From an uncultured Candidatus Binatia bacterium (lineage in GTDB: Bacteria > Desulfobacterota > Binatia > UBA9968 > JAJDTQ01): 64,000 nt of DNA. The notes beneath the pieces were generated by a model. That model did no database searches. It was not told the origin of the DNA and worked only from the letters and a program-made list of their open reading frames with translations. The stretch's first letter is position 1, and each line of letters begins with the position of its first letter. The DNA lies in NCBI GenBank assembly GCA_965215605.1, contig OZ244070.1, forward strand, positions 2,968,158 through 3,032,157, in the 5' to 3' direction. Shown piece after piece: positions 16,077-23,656 of the stretch. Both the position numbers and the translations under genes were made by a program.

Positions 16077-17602
16077 CGGGGGTTACTGTCCTGGATGCGA
16101 TTGAAAATGCTTGCGCTCTCGTTGTACAGCGCCTCACTGACAGCATCGTAGTCGGTTGGATAGAGGCCGGTTTCCTCGTCCAGTTTCACTTCTTCCACCA
16201 CCGATCCCCTCGGGCGCCGCTTCGGCTTGAACATCCATGCCCCCACGTCCTCAGGGCGCAGGGCGACCTTGGCGTCGGCGGCTTTCTTGCCCCCCGCATC
16301 GGACAGTGCAGATCGCCGCACGATATTGGCGAGCTCCTCCAGCACCCATTCGCTGTGCGTCGTAACGATCACGCGGACGCCTGCGCGGACCAGCAGCGCG
16401 AGTTGACGCGTGAACTCGACCTGCATGGCCGGATGCAAGTGAGATTCCGGCTCCTCGATCATCAGCACGCTGTCGGGTCCGACCCTGTGGCGCAAGTACA
16501 GAACCACCGGTGCCAGTTCCGATACCATGGACGAAGTGTTCATGAGGGGCAGGTCGTCTTTCCAACCTTTTGGACGATACGCGAAGTGCGGATAACCGGT
16601 GACTTCAGACCGGTTGACCAGTACATGACCGCCCAGGACTGCGTCTTCGATACTTTTCGCGAGATCTTGTCGAGGCGCGCGGGCCCAGTAAAGTCGCGAC
16701 ACATTCCGTCGCGACGGACGGTCGAGTTCGATCAACTGTTGCAGGAAATCCGCCAAGACACCTGAAAGCATGGGCGTGCGCGCGGCTGGACGCAAGCCTG
16801 TCATGGCTGCGCTTCCGATCGTGGCGCTTACCACCGCACTGTGGGCATGCATGACGCCCGTCCGGTCGGCAGGAAGGTAATAGCCGTCGAGATGCAGCGG
16901 ACCAAGCACGTACGGGAGGATATGGTCGGTGAGATTGATGAGCAACTGAGTCAGTCGCCATTCCCGATCGGGTTCTCCTGGCTCGGCGACACGAGTCGGT
17001 TCGTTGCCAAAGGAGCCGAGATCGAGAGTGATTTCATCCCGTTCGGTTATCGGAATGGCCATGTCTTCGGATAGGGTCGCCGTATATTCCGCGTCTCGCC
17101 CGCCGAGCAACAACCGGTGTTCGGCCATCCCCGAATCATCGGGGAGCCGTTTTCGCAACACGACGTTCGCGAAGTCGTGGCTTCCCTTGCGGATCAGCCC
17201 GCGGAGATCGCGGATGCCGAAGCATCGGACGATCTCAAGGGCCAAGCGGTCACCGTGGGATTTGATTGCGGTACGAACAGCATCCGTGATTCCACCGGGT
17301 AGGACAACGCGTCCTCCGAAACCTGGCTTCGCCATGTCTTCAGCGGTCCGCTTTGCGAATGCGGCCAACGTGTTGACGGTTTTCCGAGGCAGTTCGGGAC
17401 GCTCCTCGAATACTCGCCAATGGCGGAACCCGGCGCTGAAATGCCGGTGCAGCGCATATATCAGGATCGCCAGATAGGATTTGCCGGTGTTGCTCGGTCC
17501 GACGAATACGGTAAGCGGGCGCAGGTCCACTCTGGCTTCGACGATAGGGCCGAAATCCGCTACTCTAACTTCGAGAGTGTCTCGTGGAGGTCGATCCTTC
17601 AT
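16073..17602 (-). CDS. ABC/AAA_15-AAA_21-type ATPase (defence-system-like)
   Basis: Walker A is GPSNTGKS (17477-17500). Walker B/D-loop is VLMIEEPESHLHP (about 16433-16468). The H-loop is VIVTTHSEW. The likely start is ATG 17602; the track ORF begins at TTG 17626. Confidence 0.9.
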   Translation of the reverse strand: MKDRPPRDTLEVRVADFGPIVEARVDLRPLTVFVGPSNTGKSYLAILIYALHRHFSAGFRHWRVFEERPELPRKTVNTLAAFAKRTAEDMAKPGFGGRVVLPGGITDAVRTAIKSHGDRLALEIVRCFGIRDLRGLIRKGSHDFANVVLRKRLPDDSGMAEHRLLLGGRDAEYTATLSEDMAIPITERDEITLDLGSFGNEPTRVAEPGEPDREWRLTQLLINLTDHILPYVLGPLHLDGYYLPADRTGVMHAHSAVVSATIGSAAMTGLRPAARTPMLSGVLADFLQQLIELDRPSRRNVSRLYWARAPRQDLAKSIEDAVLGGHVLVNRSEVTGYPHFAYRPKGWKDDLPLMNTSSMVSELAPVVLYLRHRVGPDSVLMIEEPESHLHPAMQVEFTRQLALLVRAGVRVIVTTHSEWVLEELANIVRRSALSDAGGKKAADAKVALRPEDVGAWMFKPKRRPRGSVVEEVKLDEETGLYPTDYDAVSEALYNESASIFNRIQDSNPR

Positions 17603-17745
17603 GCCTTGGCTACACTCTTCCAGCAATCACACGGGCTCATCGGATGCCTTCCCTGATGGTAGATCACCGGAGCGGGAGCGCAAATCCAGCCCAATCTGCA
17701 GGGGGATGCGCGACCGCACCGGATCACGGGCGGCAGATGACGGAG

Positions 17746-18978
17746 CTAACCGGTAGCCTGCCGCTTCGGGTTTGCCTCCGCGGCAGCGTGGGCCTTCTGG
17801 AAATCTTCCTCGTCGAAGTTGTAGAGCCCGGCGCCGCCCATGAAGATGGCCGCGGCGGTCGCCCGTGACACGTTGTTCAGGAGGTTGTTGGAGACGTTGG
17901 GGAAGTTCGAGTCGAAGTGCGGGTAGTCGGTGGAGATGCACATGCGGTCCGCGCCGATGAGCTCGGCGGTGCCGGCGATCTCGGGCTCGCTCCCTTCCAC
18001 CGCGGCCCAGCAGTTCCGCTGGAAGTACTCCTTGGGGGTCAGCGACAGGTACGGCGCGTGGGAGTCGCGATAGTTGGCGTAGTCCCACTCGATGCGCGTC
18101 AGTATGCCCGGCACCCAGGAGTTCTGGGCTTCCAGGTAGCCCACCCGCAGCTTGGGATGGAACTCGAAGACGCCGCCGATGATCATGGCGATGAGCGCCT
18201 GCTGCATCTCGATCCAGTGGCTGGCGACGTGGCGGTAGAACCGGTTCTCGCCGTACAGATCGTTCATGTGGGAGTTCCACGCGCCGGTGCCCTCATGGAA
18301 GCACCAGGACACGTCCAGCTCCTCGTGCAGGCTGTAGAGAGGGTCCCAGTAGTTGGAGTGCCAGAAGTGGCCGTTGATCATGTTGGGCCGGATGAACGAC
18401 GCCACCGCCCCGAGCTCCTCCACCGCCCGCTTCAACTCGTGGCACGCCAGGTTCACGTCGTGCAGCGGCAGCATGGCGGCGAACTTCATGCGGTCCGGGG
18501 AGTACTGGCAGAAGTCGTGGATCCAGTCGTTGTACGCACGACTCAGGGCGTGCGACATGTGCGGGTCCATGTCGTCCCGCGCCAGCAGCCCCAGCCCGCC
18601 GGTGGGGAAGAGCACGGCGATGTCGATGCCTTCCATCTCCATCCCCATGACCTGGGCTTCCTCGTCGTATCCCCGCTCGATGGCGAAGTCCAGGCGCCCT
18701 GTGTCGGCGATGCGGGAGGCGGACAATACCCCGGTGGCGGCCCCCATGACGGGCCCCGTGGCCTTGGACGACGCGGCCTTCTTGCGGTGTTGCTGCAGCT
18801 CCGAGTCCGCGCCGGTAGGCAGCCCGTCGATGGTCCAGGTGCGCCGGCTGATCTTTCCCTTGCCGTCCACCGCCCAGGTCACGCGGTGCTTGAAATCGGG
18901 GTCCAGGTATTTCTCCAGCAGGTCGCCGGGTTCCTGAATGTGCATGTCGCTGTCAACGAAACGCAGGCCGTCTTTCAT
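17746..18978 (-). CDS. Amidohydrolase_2 family protein
   Basis: Start MKDGLRFVDSDMHIQEP follows AGGAGG at ATG 18978. Motifs: GIDIAVLFPT, AYNDWIHDF, CISTDYPHFD. Confidence 0.85.
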   Translation of the reverse strand: MKDGLRFVDSDMHIQEPGDLLEKYLDPDFKHRVTWAVDGKGKISRRTWTIDGLPTGADSELQQHRKKAASSKATGPVMGAATGVLSASRIADTGRLDFAIERGYDEEAQVMGMEMEGIDIAVLFPTGGLGLLARDDMDPHMSHALSRAYNDWIHDFCQYSPDRMKFAAMLPLHDVNLACHELKRAVEELGAVASFIRPNMINGHFWHSNYWDPLYSLHEELDVSWCFHEGTGAWNSHMNDLYGENRFYRHVASHWIEMQQALIAMIIGGVFEFHPKLRVGYLEAQNSWVPGILTRIEWDYANYRDSHAPYLSLTPKEYFQRNCWAAVEGSEPEIAGTAELIGADRMCISTDYPHFDSNFPNVSNNLLNNVSRATAAAIFMGGAGLYNFDEEDFQKAHAAAEANPKRQATG

Positions 18979-19444
18979 TTCGTTCCTCCTTGTCAGGGCG
19001 GGCCGGGGGCCAAGCGTATCCACGCGCCCTTTGCGCCGCATCGATACGAACGACACTACCGGAAGTGGCGGCTCGCGGTCAACGACAGCCGGGCGCGGCG
19101 GTCTCTCCGTTGGCCACGCGTATGTCACGGTAGCAGACAGTGGCTACGACCGCCCAGCATGCTCTGATCGATCCGTTCACCAAGAGGATCGCCGGTGACA
19201 GCAAGCGAAGGACAGGCGCACGACGGGCCAGACCGCGATCTTGTCGTCGCCGGCAGGCGCGTTGAGTGAGCTTAGCTCGGGCTGGTCAGCTTCCAAGGTT
19301 CGGTTCTCCGGCTCTTTGTCCCTTTAGACTTTCCGCTGGCTCCGTGCAATAAGGAACGGTCAATTTATATATCGAGGGGCGGCGGCCCGGCACGGCGTGG
19401 CCGCCGGTCGTCGTTGCAACTTCACGAGTCTGAGGGACCTCATT

Positions 19445-20374
19445 ATGAAGAACAGGGCTTTGCGAGCCTTTCAACTTCACGTCCATCGCGTCCGCCTGTT
19501 GCCTGTGTTGGTGCTGGGGCTCGCGGCTGCGGGTTGCGCCCTGTCCACGGATACGGCCCGCCTCGACGAGGTCGCCAGGGCGGGCATCGTCTATGCCGAC
19601 AAGCTGCCGCGGTTGCTCGATCGGGCATTCGAGTTGGCGGCGGCGGTGGATTCGGGCGCGTTGGTGGAGGCGCGGCCGGGGCTCTCCGCGGAGCAACGCC
19701 GGGAAGCATTGCGGGAGTTCGACGCGGCCACTGCGGAACGCCTGGAGGGATACGTGGCGGCCAAAGGTCACAACGGCTTGTTGAGATCCTACTTCCTCGT
19801 GTTGCAGACCCTGGCCGAGCCCGAAGGACGGAAGGGCAGCGGCAATGCCGCGAAACGGCTCACCGCGGAGTTGGGCAGGCTGTCGCCAAGGATCAGGAAG
19901 GCCCGCATGGGCGATGTGTCGGTGGCCGGTTTCCTCGAGCCGGCGGTGGAGATCGCGGTGGCGTCATTCCGTTCCGCGGCGCTGCGGCTTGAGCTCGAAG
20001 CGCGCGGAGCGACCATCGAGCGCGAGTTGGCCGTGCAGCAAGCCCTGGTGAGCGCCCTGGCGCGTCAGGTCCGCGCGGACCAGGAGGTCCTGTCGGCCCG
20101 TTTTCGGGATGACGAGGTGGTGGAGCCGTACGTGAGCGCCGCCCGATTGCCCAAGGCCTGGCCGGCAAAGCGGCTAAGGAGCCTGCGGGACAGCGGCGAT
20201 CTTGAAGCGGCGCGGGCGGCGCAACGGGCCATGCGTTCGTTGCGGCAGGCATACGTGGCCGCGCTGGAGGGACGCCTGGATTCCACCCGGGCAGCCGAGC
20301 TGGCCACCACCGTCGAGGGTTTCGTCGAACTGGTGTCGCGACTCGGTGCCGGAGCAAAAGGAGCCGTTCGATGA
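19445..20374 (+). CDS. Hypothetical alpha-helical lipoprotein
   Basis: ATG 19445 follows GAGGGA. The lipobox is LVLGLAAAGC. The rest is Ala/Arg/Leu/Glu-rich and helical, with no motif I recognise. Confidence 0.65.
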   Translation: MKNRALRAFQLHVHRVRLLPVLVLGLAAAGCALSTDTARLDEVARAGIVYADKLPRLLDRAFELAAAVDSGALVEARPGLSAEQRREALREFDAATAERLEGYVAAKGHNGLLRSYFLVLQTLAEPEGRKGSGNAAKRLTAELGRLSPRIRKARMGDVSVAGFLEPAVEIAVASFRSAALRLELEARGATIERELAVQQALVSALARQVRADQEVLSARFRDDEVVEPYVSAARLPKAWPAKRLRSLRDSGDLEAARAAQRAMRSLRQAYVAALEGRLDSTRAAELATTVEGFVELVSRLGAGAKGAVR

Positions 20375-20706
20375 CGTCGGGAGAGATTCGAGGCAAGACG
20401 CTGTCGGAATTGCGCCGGGCGCGAAAAAACATGATGTCGGCGGAATGGCTCGCGGGATTGGAGAGTCTGTCCGCGGCCGAGCGCACGGTGGCGGCAACCA
20501 CGCTGCTGGACGTCTGCATGGCCATCCGGCGACTCGAGAACGTCGGCGTCGCGGCCATCCGGCGCCAACTGGCCGATAACGAAAATGAGCTTGAACGGGG
20601 TATCCGCGGTCTTCAACGGGCTTCGGAGCGACTCCACCGGGTGAAGACGTACCTCAGGGCCGCGGCCGTGCTCGCGGCGACCGTGGGCAAGGTGGTCAAG
20701 CCTTGA
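20371..20706 (+). CDS. Hypothetical 111-aa helical protein, translationally coupled to the lipoprotein gene
   Basis: ATGA overlap at 20371-20374, with SD AAAGGAG 7 nt upstream. No recognisable domain. Confidence 0.55.
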   Translation: MTSGEIRGKTLSELRRARKNMMSAEWLAGLESLSAAERTVAATTLLDVCMAIRRLENVGVAAIRRQLADNENELERGIRGLQRASERLHRVKTYLRAAAVLAATVGKVVKP

Positions 20707-20805
20707 TCCATGTCGTCGGAGGATGGCGCGGTTCTCCAGGTACTCCGCCGTGGTCTGTGGACCAGCGCGTCTTCGGTGCAGGACTGCGAGGCCATAGCCG
20801 TGGGA

Positions 20806-21198
20806 TCAAGCGGCCATGGTGGCTACGTCGTATCGCGGGATATGGTGGTCGCGGGTGACGAGTATCAATCCCTCGGCTTGGGCCTGGGCGATCAGAAAAC
20901 GGTCGAACGGGTCACGGTGGTGCATCGGCAGTTTGCCCGCCTGCTCGGCATGATGGAAGGTCAACGGCAGGTGGGTGAAGCGCTTTTCTTCAACCATCGC
21001 CGACAGGTTGTCCGGCGCGGTCATGGTCCCCTTCGCCCGCTTGACGGTGACCTCCCAACCGGTAATGGCGCTGACGAAGACGTCGTTTCCGGAGTCGGCG
21101 ATCGCCGAACGGGCCGCCTCGGTCAGCCGCGCGACATCGGTGACCCACCATATGAATGCGTGGGTGTCCAGCAACAGCCGCACGACGTCAGTCCTCAT
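20806..21198 (-). CDS. vapC: Type II toxin, PIN-domain ribonuclease VapC
   Basis: LLLDTHAFIWW...FVSAITGWEV...HRDPFDRFLIAQA...LVTRD carries the PIN acidic residues. Confidence 0.85.
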   Translation of the reverse strand: MRTDVVRLLLDTHAFIWWVTDVARLTEAARSAIADSGNDVFVSAITGWEVTVKRAKGTMTAPDNLSAMVEEKRFTHLPLTFHHAEQAGKLPMHHRDPFDRFLIAQAQAEGLILVTRDHHIPRYDVATMAA

Positions 21199-21442
21199 CC
21201 GGGAAGATCTTCGAGTTCTCGATCAGGTCCATGAGTTCCTCGTCGGGCTCGTCAAAGTCGGGGGCCATCCATATATGCCCTTCCAGCCCACCAGGCTTTC
21301 GTTCCTCCGCCGGTCGTTTGTACGGCTTCAGCACAAGATACGGTTCGCCGGCCTTGGCGATCACGATCTCCTCGCCTCCCCAAGCCAACTTGCCCAACCT
21401 GGAAAGTTGGGACTTCGCCTCGTGCATGTTCACCTGTTTCAT
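21188..21442 (-). CDS. Phd/YefM-family antitoxin
   Basis: The N-terminus MKQVNMHEAKSQLSRLGKLAWGGEEIVIAKAGEPYLVLKPY is Phd-like. It overlaps vapC by 11 nt. Confidence 0.8.
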   Translation of the reverse strand: MKQVNMHEAKSQLSRLGKLAWGGEEIVIAKAGEPYLVLKPYKRPAEERKPGGLEGHIWMAPDFDEPDEELMDLIENSKIFPDED

Positions 21443-21456
21443 TTGAGGACCTCATT

Positions 21457-21475
21457 AGCTAAATTGAGCTAAATT
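21457..21475 (-). promoter_or_regulatory. Putative antitoxin operator: 9-bp direct repeat AGCTAAATT x2 (10-bp period) just upstream of the phd start
   Basis: AGCTAAATT occurs at 21457-21465 and 21467-21475, in an AT-rich patch 15-33 nt upstream of ATG 21442. Confidence 0.4.
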
Positions 21476-21498
21476 TTATCAGGAGGTACCCATTCCCG

Positions 21499-21885
21499 TC
21501 AAGATGGAGATCCGACGCGAGACACTTGGTGAGCCAGGCCAAGCCCGTCGGCTGCCGCTCTCAGACGTTTGTCTCGCGTCCACAGTCGCGCTGGGGGAGC
21601 GAGGGCCGTGGCCGCCAGCAAATGCATGTCAATGTAGCCGATGCCCCGTCCCATCAACCCGTTTCGCCCAATGAAATAAAGCACTTCGGAGTCTTCCGCG
21701 GCGGGGATGGCGGGCAGGTCCTGCAACATCGCCAGGATCTCTTGGCGTCGGGCAAGGTTGCCGCAGGCCAACTCGCCGATGACGAAGGGATGGACAAGCG
21801 CTTGATCGGCGTCGAGCATGTGCGCCAATGCGCGGCTTCCGGCGCGCAGATGCTCGATCCATACCGACGTATCGACCAGGATCAT
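21499..21885 (-). CDS. vapC: Type II toxin, PIN-domain ribonuclease VapC
   Basis: MILVDTSVWIEHLR...HPFVIGELACG...GIGYIDMHLLAAT...LWTRDKRL. Confidence 0.85.
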   Translation of the reverse strand: MILVDTSVWIEHLRAGSRALAHMLDADQALVHPFVIGELACGNLARRQEILAMLQDLPAIPAAEDSEVLYFIGRNGLMGRGIGYIDMHLLAATALAPPARLWTRDKRLRAAADGLGLAHQVSRVGSPS

Positions 21886-22094
21886 TGGCGGGACGGACCC
21901 TCGCCGGCGGAGCGGCGCCGTGGGACCGGTTGCAAATCAGCTTGACTGCCGCCGAGCTTGGCGAGCCGTCGTGCGCTTTCCCGCTCCACGAGGGCTCGAA
22001 GGGCTTCACGAATCAGCGCCGGTTTGGCGGTGATGTTGGTTAGCTCACGAGCGCGCGCCAGCAGATCGTCGTCTATGTTCAGGGTGGTTCTCAT
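21882..22094 (-). CDS. vapB: VapB-type antitoxin (70 aa)
   Basis: MRTTLNIDDDLLARARELTNITAKPALIREALRALVERE, starting at ATG 22094. A 4-nt overlap joins it to vapC. The 166-aa track ORF over-extends upstream. Confidence 0.75.
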   Translation of the reverse strand: MRTTLNIDDDLLARARELTNITAKPALIREALRALVERESARRLAKLGGSQADLQPVPRRRSAGEGPSRQ

Positions 22095-22208
22095 AACGCT
22101 GCTTCGAAGCAAGACCGAACCAAAGGCCAATCGTATGAAGGCCGATAGTAGCATCAGTGATGTCAGAATCAATGTCAACGGTCCCGGCGGCAGGGTGTAA
22201 AATCCTGA

Positions 22209-22877
22209 TCCTGCCTGCGCTTCCTCTTCGCCCTCCCGCGCTACTCGGAAGACCTGTACTTCGCCCTTGAAAGCGATACGGACCGCTATGATCTGCGTGC
22301 TTGGCTGAAGGCCATTCGCGCGGAGTTGTCCCGCGAAGGCTACAGCGTCGGTCTCACCGTTCGGGACCACAATCCGGTTCATAGCGCGTTCGTGCGCTTC
22401 CCGGGGGTTTTGTACGACGCGGGCCTCTCACCCCATCGAGAAGAAAGCCTTGCCGTCAGGATCGAGGTCGATACGCGCGCTCCGGCCGGGGCCGTCCTGG
22501 AGACCCACCTCGTGCGGCGCCACGTGACGCTACGGCTGCGTCACCACGACCGCGCGTCGCTGCTCGCCGGCAAGCTGCACGCGATCTTGCAGCGTCCCTA
22601 TGCCAAGGGAAGGGACCTGTACGACCTGATCTGGTACATGAGCGATCCGACCTGGCCCGCGCCCAATCTCAGGCTGCTCAACGCGGCCTTGCGGCAGACT
22701 CATTGGTCGGGCGGAGTGCTGCGGGACAACACCTGGCGGGAGACGATGATCCAGCGTCTCGACGCCTTGGCGTGGGACCGGGCGGCCGCGGATGCGCGCC
22801 CGTTCCTGGAGCGGGAAGAGGATGTGGAGTTGCTGACTCGGGAGAATGCCGTGCGGCTTTTGACCGAGCACCCGTGA
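22209..22877 (+). pseudogene. N-terminally truncated AbiEii/AbiGii-family nucleotidyltransferase toxin remnant
   Basis: The frame opens right after TGA 22206-22208 with no start codon. It reads ..PRYSEDLYFAL.. where the family motif is R-x-SEDLDF, so the second Asp is replaced by Tyr. The C-terminal LLAGKLHAILQRPYAKGRDLYDLIW is typical of the family. The upstream GG(T/S)AL part is missing. Confidence 0.65.
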
Positions 22878-23013
22878 TAGTGGGTAGCGTGCGAGCAGCG
22901 TTGCTACCCAGTGTCAAGGGAAGATGAATTATGTCCACCGCTATTGTATGATGGCCTATCCTGACCGCGGCTGACGCTCCGGCGGGACGATCCAACATGG
23001 AAGCAGGTTCCAC

Positions 23014-23631
23014 ATGAGCGGTGCCGATTCAGACGCTGTCCTCTCACAACACGATCGCGCCACCATCGAGGCGGCGGCCGCGCGCATCGTCCCCTCGGAC
23101 AAGGATCCGGGCGCGCGAGAGGCCGGGGTCATCGACTACATCGAGGGCCTGCTGGCCTCGGATGACGACGTCGACACGGACATCAGCCCACGGGAGAAGA
23201 AGGAGTACGCCAACTTCCTCCTCGGGAGCATGGGGGGCCGCACCGAGGAGCAGCAGGCGACTCTGTTCAAGCTCAACGGCTTGGGCAGCCGCCACCGGCA
23301 GGCCTACCGGGATGGGGTGGCGGAGCTGGACCGGCTGGCCGCGGAGCTGGAGTCGGGCAAGGACTTCCACGGGCTGGACGAGGCCGGGCAGGACCGGGTC
23401 CTGACCATCCTGGACGAGCGGAAAGACCCTTTCTTCACGCTCCTCCTGACCCACACCATGGAAGGCTTCTACGGCCACCCGCGCCACGGCGGCAACAAGG
23501 ACCAGGTCGGGTGGCAGGTATTGGGATACCCCGGCCCGAGCTTTCCCCACGGTAACGAATCCCCCTATGGCTGGTATGACGCCAACGAGCCGGACGAGTT
23601 CCCGCACCCCAAGAAGGACCGCTCGTCCTAG
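23014..23631 (+). CDS. Gluconate 2-dehydrogenase subunit 3-family small subunit
   Basis: AAARIVPSDKDPGAREAGVIDYIEGLL is the family pattern. It lies immediately upstream of the GMC flavoprotein gene. Confidence 0.6.
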   Translation: MSGADSDAVLSQHDRATIEAAAARIVPSDKDPGAREAGVIDYIEGLLASDDDVDTDISPREKKEYANFLLGSMGGRTEEQQATLFKLNGLGSRHRQAYRDGVAELDRLAAELESGKDFHGLDEAGQDRVLTILDERKDPFFTLLLTHTMEGFYGHPRHGGNKDQVGWQVLGYPGPSFPHGNESPYGWYDANEPDEFPHPKKDRSS

Positions 23632-23656
23632 GCCGGCACGGAGGCACGGGAAACAG

